A stretch of 64,000 nt of DNA from an uncultured Rhodospirillaceae bacterium (GTDB lineage Bacteria; Pseudomonadota; Alphaproteobacteria; Rhodospirillales; UBA2165): assembly GCA_964643045.1 (NCBI GenBank), contig CAZXSC010000001.1:2296-66295 (forward strand), read 5' to 3'. The translations under genes were made by a program, and so were the position numbers. The notes beneath the pieces are model-generated. The model searched no databases, had not been told where the DNA came from, and was given only the letters and a program-made list of their open reading frames with translations. Each line of letters starts with the position of its first letter. The stretch's first letter is position 1. Positions 20,628-31,072 of this stretch are shown piece by piece.

Positions 20628-21773
20628 ATGAAAAAATCACTTTATATGACTTCGGCTCTTGTAGCTGCCGGAGTGTTAGCGCTGGGATCGACTGGCGTTA
20701 TGGCAAAATCAAAAGCTAAGCCAGTAAAAGTTGGCATTTCTGGTTCCTATAAGGCGGTTGTTGGTTATGCTAAACAACAAAGCGCTTATGAAGTAGTTGG
20801 AACCGGTACGTCTGCTACTAGCTATAACGAAATAGACGTTAAAACGGATTCAGAGGTTCATTTTAAGGGTTCTACAAAGCTTGATAATGGACTTACCGTA
20901 TCCGTTAAAGTAGAACTTGAAGGTGATCAAGAAACCGCTGCTGATATCGATGCTTCTTCTGTAACGATTGCAGGAGGTTTTGGTTCAATTACCCTCGGAG
21001 CTGATGTAGCAGCCGCAGCAGTATTGTCGGTTGGCGCTCCAAAAACAGGTGCTATCGGCGCAGTAGGTGGCGGTGATTCGGCTGCTTGGATTCAAAAACC
21101 AGCTGCTGTTGTTCAAGGGGCCCCACAAGGCCACAACATTGGCGGCGGCGACCAAATGAAAGTCCGTTGGTTGTCTAAATCGTTCTCCGGCTTTAAAGTT
21201 GGCGCCAGTTATGTTCCAGGCTTGACCGCAGGTAACACAATGCCTGCTAACGGCGGTAATGGCGGCACTAACGGAAGCCAAGTCGATGGCGGAATAAAGT
21301 ATTCCGGCAAGATGGGTGCTAACGCGATCAACGTAGGCCTCACTCGATGGCAAACCGACAACGGTACAGGCTCAGTCGATGGTTGGACTGCAGGTGCAGA
21401 CGCGGCTTTTGGTGCGATCAAAGTTGGCGTAGCCTTTATGGATGTGAATGACCAAGGCACAAATCCAGATGCAACTTCACGTTCTGGAACGGCCAACAGC
21501 CAAGATGCAGAAGCCACTGCGGCAGGTGTTTCATACACAGCTGGCCCAATGGTTGTTGCTTTGACATATTTCAACCATGAACGGCCACTTGCTGCTGGTA
21601 CAGCCGGTGACGACGCTATCACAAAATGGACATTAGGAACCACATACAATATGGGTCCTGGTGTTGATTTTATTGGTAGTATTCAGCAAGTTAGCTGGCA
21701 AGATGAAGGTAACGCTGTCGGAAGCAACAACAAAGGTGTTGCTGTTGTAGGCGGTCTGAATGTTAAGTTCTAA
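20628..21773 (+). CDS. outer-membrane porin (Gram-negative porin family)
   Basis: The ATG at 20628 is preceded by AGGAG. It has the signal peptide MKKSLYMTSALVAAGVLALGSTGVMA, Gly/Ala/Thr-rich beta-strand periodicity and a C-terminal F. Confidence 0.8.
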   Translation: MKKSLYMTSALVAAGVLALGSTGVMAKSKAKPVKVGISGSYKAVVGYAKQQSAYEVVGTGTSATSYNEIDVKTDSEVHFKGSTKLDNGLTVSVKVELEGDQETAADIDASSVTIAGGFGSITLGADVAAAAVLSVGAPKTGAIGAVGGGDSAAWIQKPAAVVQGAPQGHNIGGGDQMKVRWLSKSFSGFKVGASYVPGLTAGNTMPANGGNGGTNGSQVDGGIKYSGKMGANAINVGLTRWQTDNGTGSVDGWTAGADAAFGAIKVGVAFMDVNDQGTNPDATSRSGTANSQDAEATAAGVSYTAGPMVVALTYFNHERPLAAGTAGDDAITKWTLGTTYNMGPGVDFIGSIQQVSWQDEGNAVGSNNKGVAVVGGLNVKF

Positions 21774-21801
21774 GCGTTTATAGAATCTAACTGAGAATTT
21801 A

Positions 21802-21829
21802 GGGGAGCGGTTTGCCGCTCCCCTTTTTC
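21802..21829 (+). terminator. rho-independent terminator after the porin gene
   Basis: Stem GGGGAGCGG, loop TTTG, stem CCGCTCCCC, followed by TTTTT. Confidence 0.8.
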
Positions 21830-21850
21830 TATGGCGATAGATTGAGAATT

Positions 21851-22462
21851 TTAGACTAGTGCACCAATTCCAGCCACTCCAATGGCGGGACTGTTTTTAA
21901 GTCGGCGTGCTGTTTTTTCGTTAATGCCACCTAGTGCGTAAACTGGGATCGAGGCTTGTTTGGCCAATTTTTGAAACCCGGTGATGCCTAATTGCGATCG
22001 GCTGGGATGGCTCTCGGTCGGAAAAACGGGCGATAGAATGGCGGCATTTATGGGTAAGACTGCACATTTTTGGAGCGATGTATATGAGTGAGCCGCAGCA
22101 GTTATAATCTTATTTGGCCGCTGTCCCCAAAGCCGGACCTCTAGGGGGGGGGTCAATAATAAATGTTCAGGAAGATGTATCCCGTCGGCACCAAGTTTGC
22201 GGCCGAGTGGAAAATCACGTGCTACGATAAACGTCAATTGATTTCTTTTACATATTTCTTTAAGTTTAAATCCGAGTTCTAATCTCGATTTTAGATCGTA
22301 GTGACGAAAAATCACCCCGCTACCGGGTTTTAGCTTGTTTATCGTCGGTATGGGGTTAGGTGCCCGGCTTTCATCAGTCATGTAAAGGAGTGATGGCATG
22401 TGTGTGGGGCTTGCTCTGGAGTTAAGAAGGCGTGCCACCCTTGGTAAAGCGTCTGATCCCAT
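21851..22462 (-). CDS. thiamine phosphate synthase family protein (ThiE/TenI-like)
   Basis: 203 aa with a TMP-TENI-type layout (..GADGIHLPE.., ..ALGGI..). The start is uncertain. Confidence 0.65.
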   Translation of the reverse strand: MGSDALPRVARLLNSRASPTHMPSLLYMTDESRAPNPIPTINKLKPGSGVIFRHYDLKSRLELGFKLKEICKRNQLTFIVARDFPLGRKLGADGIHLPEHLLLTPPLEVRLWGQRPNKIITAAAHSYTSLQKCAVLPINAAILSPVFPTESHPSRSQLGITGFQKLAKQASIPVYALGGINEKTARRLKNSPAIGVAGIGALV

Positions 22463-22482
22463 GGTAAGAACATAAATTACTT

Positions 22483-23187
22483 GTGCGAGGACTAAAACAC
22501 AAGGCGAGCATTGTGGATAAAATTGATCAGCGGTTAAATAAAGTTAATAACACTATTGAAGGAGCCATTATAAGATACCGGCGACCCGAAAGCTCCGTAA
22601 ATTTGGTTGCTGTATCTAAGACCCAGCCGCCAAACTCGATAGAATTGGCATTAAGCGCAGGTCACCGGCGATTTGGCGAAAATCGTGTTCAAGAAGCCCA
22701 AAGAAAGTGGCCCGCTTTAAAACAAAGATATCCCAACACTCAATTGCACCTGATTGGGCCCTTGCAGACTAATAAAGTAGCGTCAGCGGTAGCCCTTTTT
22801 GATGTAATTGAAACCATTGATCGCTTTAAGCTTGCCAAGGCAGTTGCACGTCACATGAAAGAAGCGGGCCGAAAGTTAGACTGCTTTGTCCAGGTTAATA
22901 CTGGCATGGAACCTCAAAAAGCAGGTGTGGCACCTCAAGAAGCCGCCGCCTTAATTGAAAAATGCAAGATTGAATTAAGCCTTCCCATCGTTGGTTTAAT
23001 GTGTATACCCCCAGCGGACGAAGAGCCGGCCCTCCATTTTGCGTTACTCCGTGAAATCGCCGAGCGAAATAATATAAAAGAATTAAGCATGGGGATGAGC
23101 GCTGACTATGAAGTGGCAGTTCAATTTGGTGCCAGTTTTGTTCGAGTTGGTACGGCAATTTTTGGCGAACGATTAGCAAAGCGATAA
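22483..23187 (+). CDS. yggS: YggS-family pyridoxal-phosphate homeostasis protein
   Basis: 234 aa. It has the LVAVSKTQP PLP-lysine motif, FGENRVQE, HLIGPLQTNK and LSMGMSADY. Confidence 0.9.
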   Translation: MRGLKHKASIVDKIDQRLNKVNNTIEGAIIRYRRPESSVNLVAVSKTQPPNSIELALSAGHRRFGENRVQEAQRKWPALKQRYPNTQLHLIGPLQTNKVASAVALFDVIETIDRFKLAKAVARHMKEAGRKLDCFVQVNTGMEPQKAGVAPQEAAALIEKCKIELSLPIVGLMCIPPADEEPALHFALLREIAERNNIKELSMGMSADYEVAVQFGASFVRVGTAIFGERLAKR

Positions 23188-23207
23188 ACTGATAAACATT
23201 CGCTTAT

Positions 23208-23720
23208 TCAGGGTGTTAATATATTTATGTGGCTGTCTGGCTTGAGTTTGTCGATAATTTCAACTAAATCACTAATTTCTAATGCAACACATCCTTCAGT
23301 ATGCTTAAATTCCCTGTGGGCGATGTGCAAGAAAATTGCGCTTCCTTTAAATTTTATTGCTGGTTCATCGTTGTAGCCAATAACAGCGAAAATGTCATAG
23401 AGTTCGTCTGTTCGCCATAGAGATTCAGCATTCCCTTCATGGGGCAACCTTACCCTCTTATTATAATCACTGTGGTTAGGGTCATCACTCCAGCCGTCGT
23501 AGGGCTGTAAAGCGGAAACCGGCAAGGCCGATTTTGGCCTAATGACTCTATCTGGGCGATAGTATATTTCCCGGATAGGGAATTTGCCTGATGGCGTTGC
23601 TCCATCCCCTTCCCTTTTATCTGTCGCTATGCCTGATTTACCCAGCACGCATTTGTAAGATTTGTTTCTGAAGGTTAACAAGCCTTCTGGCTCAACAATT
23701 ATGACAGGGTTCTTTTTCAT
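23208..23720 (-). CDS. L,D-transpeptidase catalytic-domain (YkuD-like) protein
   Basis: 170 aa with the active-site-like motif HTEGCVAL near the C-terminus. Confidence 0.65.
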   Translation of the reverse strand: MKKNPVIIVEPEGLLTFRNKSYKCVLGKSGIATDKREGDGATPSGKFPIREIYYRPDRVIRPKSALPVSALQPYDGWSDDPNHSDYNKRVRLPHEGNAESLWRTDELYDIFAVIGYNDEPAIKFKGSAIFLHIAHREFKHTEGCVALEISDLVEIIDKLKPDSHINILTP

Positions 23721-23921
23721 GGCATATCTCTAGTGAAATCGAATCATTTTTGTCCTATGAAAACACAAGGTGGAATTGATAAAGCATATTAACATATGAT
23801 TTTGAAAACATCCCTTAGCTTAAATACCACGCCGCTCTTTATTCTAAATCAAATTTAGCCACCGACGTTTGTATGGCAGTATCCATCGAAAAAATTTGTT
23901 TTCTAACTCTATAAGCAATTA

Positions 23922-24617
23922 TTATGCACCGTTTAAAGCTCGTGTCTTAATTAAATGAGCTTTAGTTAGTACGTGGATATTGTTTTGATGTATTTGCGCT
24001 ACTTCTAATTTGTTATTTTTGCGGTATTCTAGAGTATAATCTGGCTTTCCTGAATAGGATAATTTAGTTAAATTCAGGTTATGGGTACCATGATCAGAGT
24101 GTTTTGATCTTTTTTCCAGCCCTAACACCGAGGCTGGGTTTTCTTCAGGAAAAAAGGGCCTATTAGCATTTTTACTTATCGACGTTATGTTGGCACCATC
24201 GCTTTGAGGGATAGCTTGCTCTCTTGGTAAGGCGGCAACTTTTCCTCCGTTACCAGTGCCTGTTAATGTGGTTGCGTGGCTGCCCAAATCTTCGCCGGTG
24301 CTGAACTCTATCAAGACATCTATTAGGGATACAACGGTACCAATTGACCCTCCATAGAGCGCCCCCCCGGCAACTTTGGAAGCGGGATCAATTTCATCGC
24401 CCGTCAAATTTCGATAAACTGTTGAAATGATAGGAATGTGTTGCAGAGGATTGATTATATCAAGCAAATCAAAAAACGAAATGCCGTCGTCACCGAACAT
24501 ACTAACCGGTTTACGGCTGGCAGGCGTTATTTTTTTTTCGACGAGATTTGATTCTTGTGAAGAAGAGTGATCAGAGGTAAATACCCTAGCATCGGCTGGC
24601 CTGTTTATTTCCATCAT
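23922..24617 (-). CDS. hypothetical protein
   Basis: 231-aa ORF with a central GISFFDLLDIINPLQHIPIISTVYRNLTGDEIDP stretch. I recognise no family. Confidence 0.5.
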   Translation of the reverse strand: MMEINRPADARVFTSDHSSSQESNLVEKKITPASRKPVSMFGDDGISFFDLLDIINPLQHIPIISTVYRNLTGDEIDPASKVAGGALYGGSIGTVVSLIDVLIEFSTGEDLGSHATTLTGTGNGGKVAALPREQAIPQSDGANITSISKNANRPFFPEENPASVLGLEKRSKHSDHGTHNLNLTKLSYSGKPDYTLEYRKNNKLEVAQIHQNNIHVLTKAHLIKTRALNGA

Positions 24618-24920
24618 TATTGTGTAATCCTGTTTGGTTTGGGCTAATTTTTGTCTTCAGGACCTGTACCAGCAAAACGGATGCCAAAGGAAATTTATAA
24701 TTTCCCCAATGATTTCAAATCCCTTTTTCTTGAAAGTTTTTACTCGCCCATACTTGCGGTAATTATTGCCCAGCAGTTAATTGTTTTACTTATAGGGGAT
24801 CAAATTATAAGAATTATGAATAACCAAGAATCATAATCTTGGTGTGGCCAAGTTTTAGTTTGCGCTTAAAGGATAAAAATCAATTGACGAGTTTAGCTTC
24901 CGTTACAAAGGGATATTCGT

Positions 24921-25610
24921 ATGCCGCCGGTTAGAAAAGGTCTCATTATTGGAAATGATTCAGACTTAACAGAAATGTTAAAGGAGCAATTGGACGCACA
25001 TGGAGAGTTTGTCACCGACAGCGCTGATAGTGGCGGTGTTGCAATTGCAAACGTCGCAAAGCAATATTACGACATTATTCTTTTAGATGACACCTTGGCC
25101 GATACGCACAGTCGCGAGTTGTGTAAGGCTATCCGCAATAATGGTGTCAAATCGCCTATTATTATGTTGTCAAGCTCAAATGATGAGGCAGAAATAGTTT
25201 TAAGCCTGGATGCCGGTGCAAATGATTTTATTGTTAAACCATTCAGAATTAAAGTGTTGATGGCACGGATTAGAGTGAGGATGCGTGAAACAGAACAAAG
25301 CGAATTTGCCATGTTTCAAATAGGGCCCTATAAATTTCAACCGGCGGATAAATTGATGTTGCACAGCCAAAGTGACGAAAAAGTAAGACTTACAGAAAAA
25401 GAAACCGCAATTTTGAAATTTTTGTATTTAGCTAATGAAAGCGTTGTTTCTAGGGATACCCTATTGGGCGAAGTTTGGGGATATAATGCCGGAGTTACAA
25501 CCCACACGCTTGAGACGCATGTTTATAGGTTACGTCAAAAAATTGAACCGGATCCATCCAGTGCGGCAATATTGGTCACTGAACCTGCCGGCTATCGTTT
25601 GGTTCGTTAG
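24921..25610 (+). CDS. OmpR/PhoB-family response regulator (receiver + winged helix)
   Basis: The receiver has IILLDD (phospho-acceptor Asp) and VKPF (Lys). The C-terminal winged helix has LTEKETAILKFL and VYRLRQKIE. No histidine kinase is adjacent. Confidence 0.85.
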   Translation: MPPVRKGLIIGNDSDLTEMLKEQLDAHGEFVTDSADSGGVAIANVAKQYYDIILLDDTLADTHSRELCKAIRNNGVKSPIIMLSSSNDEAEIVLSLDAGANDFIVKPFRIKVLMARIRVRMRETEQSEFAMFQIGPYKFQPADKLMLHSQSDEKVRLTEKETAILKFLYLANESVVSRDTLLGEVWGYNAGVTTHTLETHVYRLRQKIEPDPSSAAILVTEPAGYRLVR

Positions 25611-25617
25611 TGCGTGA

Positions 25618-26421
25618 CTAAGATGTCATCGTTATAGTTACGGGAACGTGATCTGACGGCCTTTCCCAGTTTCGAGTATCTTGAAAAACTTCGGCCGCCG
25701 TGACATTTCTTTTTAATTCTTTTTTTACCCAAATATGGTCCAGTCGTCGGCCTCGATTGTTAATGGTCCAGTCTTTAGATCGATAGCTCCACCAAGTGAA
25801 CAAAGGCTCTTCGGGCGGAATTATCTCACGAACCGCATCAATCCATCCCCCTGATTCTTTAAATTTATTTAAGGCATCAACTTCAGCAGGCGTATGGGAA
25901 ACAACTTTTAGAAGTTGCTTGTGCGACCAAACGTCTGTTTTCAGGGGCGCAATATTTAAATCCCCTACTAAAACCTGTTTTTTAGGCGCATCATTATTTC
26001 TTTTTTGCCAAGCAGTTATTTCTTTTAAAAATTGTAGTTTATGTGCAAACTTTTCATTTTGGCATGGATCAGGAACGTCGCCTCCGGCCGGGACGTATAG
26101 ATTATGTATTTTGATCTCACCAAAGCGTTCATTTTTTACAGTCGCATATATATGCCTACAATCCGATTTCTTACACCAGTCGACCTCTCTTATTCTTATC
26201 AAGGGCCAGCGTGATAGGATCGCAACGCCGTTATAGCCCTTCATGCCGGCTACGGCTTGGTGGGGATATCCAAGGGCTGTAATATCCTTGTTCGGAAAAA
26301 GGGCATTAGCCACTTTTATTTCTTGTAGACATATTATATCGGGCGAAATTTTCTTAATCACTCGAGCCAGACTAAGTAAACGGAGACGGACGCTATTTAT
26401 ATTCCATGTGGTGATTTTCAT
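25618..26421 (-). CDS. xthA: exodeoxyribonuclease III
   Basis: 267 aa. It has MKITTWNINS, CLQEIK and a C-terminal SDHVPV, which are ExoIII/AP-endonuclease family motifs. Confidence 0.92.
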   Translation of the reverse strand: MKITTWNINSVRLRLLSLARVIKKISPDIICLQEIKVANALFPNKDITALGYPHQAVAGMKGYNGVAILSRWPLIRIREVDWCKKSDCRHIYATVKNERFGEIKIHNLYVPAGGDVPDPCQNEKFAHKLQFLKEITAWQKRNNDAPKKQVLVGDLNIAPLKTDVWSHKQLLKVVSHTPAEVDALNKFKESGGWIDAVREIIPPEEPLFTWWSYRSKDWTINNRGRRLDHIWVKKELKRNVTAAEVFQDTRNWERPSDHVPVTITMTS

Positions 26422-26475
26422 TTATTGTGATTTCTATTAATCCGTTGTGATTAAAAGGGTAAAAAAGGCATTATT

Positions 26476-27144
26476 TTATTGGCTTTTTGGGGCATTATTT
26501 AAATCAAAAATACTTGGGTCAACTTTCGTAATCCTCTCTGGGTTATTGAGGGTGACAGTTGTTTTGATACCCTGTGCATCTTTAACTATCCACTTTTTTA
26601 GCGCAAGGGGTTTGTCTGAAAACACTACCGTGATTGATCCTTTTTCGGGGTCTCTGGATTTTGATATTGAAGCAATTAATGTGTTAGAACCCCGCGAAAA
26701 TTTGGTTACCGTTATATCCCCGCTTAGCTTTATTTCATTTTTGAGCAAAAACCCCAAGGGTGTTTTATCAACAAAAAAATGCGTTGTTTGTTGTAGCTCT
26801 TTATCGATATATACCAAAAAATCACCATTAGCTATGAGCATAATTGGTGTTGGAGGGTCATATTCCAGCCGCATTTTGCCCGGGCGTGCTATTATTAGTT
26901 TTCCTGTTGCTATCTGGCCATTTGAGGAAACTTGCACAAAACGAGCGCGCAAGTTTTCTATATCATTAAGATGAGCTTCAATTCGCTGCAGGTCTTTTGT
27001 ATCCGCAGGGCCAAGCTTAGCTGTCATCGATTCAGATGCTGAAACATTGGGAATTAGAATGCTGATAATAAGAATAGTTTTACTGAAAAATGTCCACGCT
27101 AGCATTGATATCGAGCTCAGTTTTGTATGGTTGTGCAGTGACAT
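26476..27144 (-). CDS. lolA: outer-membrane lipoprotein carrier protein LolA
   Basis: I prefer the ATG at 27144 (MSLHNHTKLSSISMLAWTF... signal peptide), which removes the overlap with ftsK. The ftsK-lolA synteny is conserved. Confidence 0.75.
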   Translation of the reverse strand: MSLHNHTKLSSISMLAWTFFSKTILIISILIPNVSASESMTAKLGPADTKDLQRIEAHLNDIENLRARFVQVSSNGQIATGKLIIARPGKMRLEYDPPTPIMLIANGDFLVYIDKELQQTTHFFVDKTPLGFLLKNEIKLSGDITVTKFSRGSNTLIASISKSRDPEKGSITVVFSDKPLALKKWIVKDAQGIKTTVTLNNPERITKVDPSIFDLNNAPKSQ

Positions 27145-27208
27145 ACGAGCTTTAACAATAAATTTCGTAAAGGTAAACAGAAAGAAAATTAGGGCCCAAT
27201 TAGAAAGG

Positions 27209-29638
27209 CTAGTGGGCCCCAATTAAAACTTCACGTCGCCCAACTCGGTCGGCTTTGCCAATTATCTCCTGGGCTTCCATACTCTCAATGATACGGGCGG
27301 CCCGGTTATAGCCTATCTGAAGGCGACGCTGAATTAGACTGGTAGAAGCTTTTCCTTCTTGGGCAACAATGGCTACGGCTTTATCATACAGCTCATCGTT
27401 TTGTTCACCAACACCACTACCAAGTGCATCGATTCCGTTTTCACTGTCTTCTGTGACAGCATCTATGTAAGTTGGCTCGCCTTGGGCTTTTAAAAAACTT
27501 ACAATTTGTTCGACTTCATCGTCGCTAACGAATGGGCCGTGAACACGAGTGATTTGCCCGCCTCCGGCCATATAGAGCATGTCGCCTTGACCGAGAAGCT
27601 GTTCGGCGCCTTGTTCCCCTAGTATGGTTCTGCTATCGATTTTAGATGTTACTTGGAAACTAATGCGAGTAGGAAAGTTGGCTTTTATTGTGCCCGTAAT
27701 TACGTCAACTGATGGACGCTGTGTGGCCATAATCAAGTGAATTCCGGCAGCTCGTGCCATTTGCGCCAGCCGTTGTATTAGACCCTCAATATCCTTACCC
27801 GCTAGCATCATGAGATCAGCCATTTCATCAACGATGATAACTATCAGGGGCAATGGATTCGAGCCAAGGGGCTGGTCTTCATAAGTAGGTTTTCCTAACT
27901 CATCAAAGCCTATTTGCACACGTCGAGATAGGTTTTCCCCCTTTTTTACTGCCTCAGCTAAACGAGCATTATAACCTATTATATTTCTTACACCCATCTG
28001 GGACATCAAGCGGTATCGGTCTTCCATTTCTCTAACCGCCCACTTTAGGGCAATGACAGCCTTGGCGGGGTCCGTTACAACTGGCGATAAAAGGTGGGGA
28101 ATATCATCATAAACAGAAAGCTCTAACATTTTTGGGTCTACCATGATAAATTTACATTCCTCTGGATTTAATCGATAAAGCAGAGAACAAATCATCGTAT
28201 TAATAGCGACGGATTTCCCAGATCCTGTCGTGCCAGCTATTAAAAGATGTGGCATTCGTGCCAGATCAACAACACTTGGGGCGCCGCCTATATCTTTTCC
28301 AAGAACAAGAGGAAGCGCTGCCCCCGATTTTTCATAAACAGCAGAAGCTAAAATCTCACGAAAAAAAACGGTATCTTTTTTTGTGTTAGGCAGTTCAATG
28401 CCGATTACGGAATGTCCTGGTACCACTGCAATTCGAACTGACAACGCAGACATAGAGCGGGCAATATCGTCAGAAAGTCCCACCACCCGCGATGTTTTAG
28501 TGCCGGGAGCAGGCTCTAGTTCATACAACGTAACCACAGGCCCAGGGCGCACTTTTACAATTGATCCCTTAACACCAAAATCTTGTAGCACGCTTTCTAA
28601 TAATTCAGCGTTTTGAGATAGCGCCTCCTTGTCTGCACCATCGATTTTTGTTACCGCGGGCGGGGCTTCAAGTATATCTAAAGGAGGTAATTGAAAAACG
28701 TCCAAAATGGGCAGGTTTAAGCTACCCTGCCCGGCGTCTTTAGAGCGCGCTCCAGCAACAACTTTCCTGGCTTTCTCTGCAATGGCGGGCGTATGTTTTT
28801 TGGAGGCTTTAGAAGTTAAATCAGTTGGTGGGTTGACGGCGGACCGTTGAACTTTTGTGTCGTTGGCCCCTTTTGCCTCTAATTTGTAGTTGGTATCAAC
28901 TGTTGCTATGTTTCCCAATGTAGGTTCAATCCGCTCTTTTAATTGTTTTGCTTTTTGCCCTACGGATAAAATCCCGCCCCAAGCTGAAACACCCGATTTG
29001 ATAACGCCCCGCATTAGCGCGCGCCACTCAGAACGGTCTAGACCTCCAGCATAAACCAATATTACTGTGCATAAAAGGCTACTTAGAACTGCAATATAAA
29101 CCCCGCCATTTACAAAATTAAGTGATTTGATAGCTAATAATATCTCGAAAAATAAGGTATGACCAGCAACGCCGCCAAGCCCTGTTTGAAGTGGCCAAGA
29201 TTCTGGCGGCGGTATAAAGGAAAATGCGACAGCACTTAACATCAGACCTGCGATTAATGCTAAAGTGCGGAGCCAGATGCAATTTATACCTTTCTTAGTT
29301 AATAAACGCCAGCTCCAAGCAAATAAAATCAAAGAGGGTAAGGTGGCAGCTAGACCAAATAGTTGCAACATCAAATCGGATAGGTAGGAACCAAACATAC
29401 CGAGCACATTTTTAATAGGCTCCGGTGCAGCGCTATTAAATGATGGGTCGGAATGATGATAGCTTAAAAGCGATGTAATTATTGCGGCGCCCAGTAGAAG
29501 AAGTGCCGCACCCATAATTTCTGTGAGACGCTTTCTTGCTAAAGCCGAAAATGTTTTTGGAAACAAGCTTGAAGCAGGTGAAACCTCCGAGTAGTTTTGA
29601 TTAGTCCCTTGACCAATAACGGGTGCTGAGCGTGCCAT
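27209..29638 (-). CDS. ftsK: DNA translocase FtsK
   Basis: 809 aa. It has N-terminal membrane helices, a Walker A GTTGSGKS, and a C-terminal gamma winged helix (ASTSLIQRRLQIGYNRAARIIE). Confidence 0.96.
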   Translation of the reverse strand: MARSAPVIGQGTNQNYSEVSPASSLFPKTFSALARKRLTEIMGAALLLLGAAIITSLLSYHHSDPSFNSAAPEPIKNVLGMFGSYLSDLMLQLFGLAATLPSLILFAWSWRLLTKKGINCIWLRTLALIAGLMLSAVAFSFIPPPESWPLQTGLGGVAGHTLFFEILLAIKSLNFVNGGVYIAVLSSLLCTVILVYAGGLDRSEWRALMRGVIKSGVSAWGGILSVGQKAKQLKERIEPTLGNIATVDTNYKLEAKGANDTKVQRSAVNPPTDLTSKASKKHTPAIAEKARKVVAGARSKDAGQGSLNLPILDVFQLPPLDILEAPPAVTKIDGADKEALSQNAELLESVLQDFGVKGSIVKVRPGPVVTLYELEPAPGTKTSRVVGLSDDIARSMSALSVRIAVVPGHSVIGIELPNTKKDTVFFREILASAVYEKSGAALPLVLGKDIGGAPSVVDLARMPHLLIAGTTGSGKSVAINTMICSLLYRLNPEECKFIMVDPKMLELSVYDDIPHLLSPVVTDPAKAVIALKWAVREMEDRYRLMSQMGVRNIIGYNARLAEAVKKGENLSRRVQIGFDELGKPTYEDQPLGSNPLPLIVIIVDEMADLMMLAGKDIEGLIQRLAQMARAAGIHLIMATQRPSVDVITGTIKANFPTRISFQVTSKIDSRTILGEQGAEQLLGQGDMLYMAGGGQITRVHGPFVSDDEVEQIVSFLKAQGEPTYIDAVTEDSENGIDALGSGVGEQNDELYDKAVAIVAQEGKASTSLIQRRLQIGYNRAARIIESMEAQEIIGKADRVGRREVLIGAH

Positions 29639-29753
29639 TAAAGCAATTTAGGCGTAGTTTATTTAAAGTTGGTTAACAAGCTGTTTCAAGTCCTTGATAT
29701 TAGGCTACTCTTTGATTGTTTTTTTAATGGCTAGGGTTTTGTTAAGTTTCTAG

Positions 29754-30962
29754 CTAGGAGTTATTAATTTTACGAATAGTTTCTTTGAGACGTATCAAGG
29801 CTTCTTGAATAAACTCTGGTTTTTGGACAAGCGCAATTCGAATGAATGCCGCACCTGGATTTGTGTTTTTTTTATCGTTTCGGGCAAGGTAACAGCCAGG
29901 CATTACCCGTACGCCGGCCTCTTTCCATAGCTTTAAGGCAGCTTTTTCGCCGTTTCCCACGTTTAACCAAAGATAAAAACCTCCGGCGGGTCGGTAATAG
30001 CCAAATTTTCCAGCAAGAATTTCATCCGCGCAGTCAAATTTTTGGCGATAAAGTTTCCGATTTTCGGTAACATGGCTATTATCCCGCCATAAAGCAGCGG
30101 ATGCTGCAAGCAATGGACCGGGAACGGCGGCACCGCCGTAATTACGAAGAACTAAGAATTTTTCAATAAGTCTGGGGTCTCCCGCAACGAATCCTGACCT
30201 TAGACCAGGCGCGCTAGACCGTTTTGAAAGTGAATGAAATACTAGGACATTATTAAATCCTTCCCCCAGGCGTTGGCAAGCTTCAAGGCCGCCCGGTGGC
30301 GGATTCCTATCATAAATTTCCGCGTAACATTCGTCTATTGCTAAGACGAAGTCATATTTTCGGGCAAGTGAAATTGCCCTTTTTAAGTATTCGATATCTG
30401 CGACTGCACCCTGCGGGTTTGAGGGGGAGCACAAGTAAGCTAGTGTTGTGCGGCTTAATGTTTCTTCGTCAAGCGCTTCAAAATTGGGAAGAAAACCGTT
30501 TTCTGGATTTGCTGGCATGTAAACAGGTTTGGCTCGGTTCATTAAGGCCGCCCCGATATAGACTTGATAAAATGGATTGGGCATCAATACAAACGGTTGC
30601 CGTTTATGTTTTTGCGGGGGTATGGAAATACTACCGGCCATGTAAAGCGCTTCTCTGGTGCCAGAAACATTAATAATATTTTCTTTTTGTTCAATTGAAT
30701 CGGGATCTAAGTTATAGCGCAGAATCAACCAATCTTTAATCGCGGTTAATACTTCTTGGCTTCCTGCCATTGGTGGATATTTTGACCATTGGTCTGCATG
30801 TTTGGAAATGGTGTCCGTTAAGAGGGCAGGAGAGGCGTGTAGGGGCTCCCCTAAAGACATTATCATAGGTGTTTTATCTGTTGGGCTTTTGATATTATTT
30901 AACAACCCTCTCAGCCTATCAAAAGGGTAATCAGTTAATCGGTTTAAGTTGGTGTTATACAT
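29754..30962 (-). CDS. class I/II PLP-dependent aminotransferase (succinyldiaminopimelate-transaminase-like)
   Basis: 402 aa. It has the N-terminal YPFDRLRGLL...LGEP.H motif and the SLSKRS PLP-lysine motif. It resembles the DapC-type subfamily from memory only. Confidence 0.7.
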   Translation of the reverse strand: MYNTNLNRLTDYPFDRLRGLLNNIKSPTDKTPMIMSLGEPLHASPALLTDTISKHADQWSKYPPMAGSQEVLTAIKDWLILRYNLDPDSIEQKENIINVSGTREALYMAGSISIPPQKHKRQPFVLMPNPFYQVYIGAALMNRAKPVYMPANPENGFLPNFEALDEETLSRTTLAYLCSPSNPQGAVADIEYLKRAISLARKYDFVLAIDECYAEIYDRNPPPGGLEACQRLGEGFNNVLVFHSLSKRSSAPGLRSGFVAGDPRLIEKFLVLRNYGGAAVPGPLLAASAALWRDNSHVTENRKLYRQKFDCADEILAGKFGYYRPAGGFYLWLNVGNGEKAALKLWKEAGVRVMPGCYLARNDKKNTNPGAAFIRIALVQKPEFIQEALIRLKETIRKINNS

Positions 30963-30977
30963 TTCTGGGGTTACACT

Positions 30978-31010
30978 AAAAAATTGGCCCTACATTAACG
31001 CAGGGCCCAA
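30978..31010 (-). terminator. rho-independent terminator after glnK
   Basis: The minus strand reads TTGGGCCCT-loop-AGGGCCAA followed by TTTTTT. The stem has one bulged G. Confidence 0.6.
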
Positions 31011-31072
31011 TACTAAAGTTTATTTTAACTCTCTATAACCATTATAACAAGCGACGAAAATTTGAATTTTGT

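Noticed and set aside
24651-24836. A 61-aa ORF in the gap upstream of the response regulator.
   Set aside because: It starts with TTG, has no RBS-like sequence or recognisable motif, and is hydrophobic low-complexity sequence in an AT-rich promoter region. It is probably not a gene.
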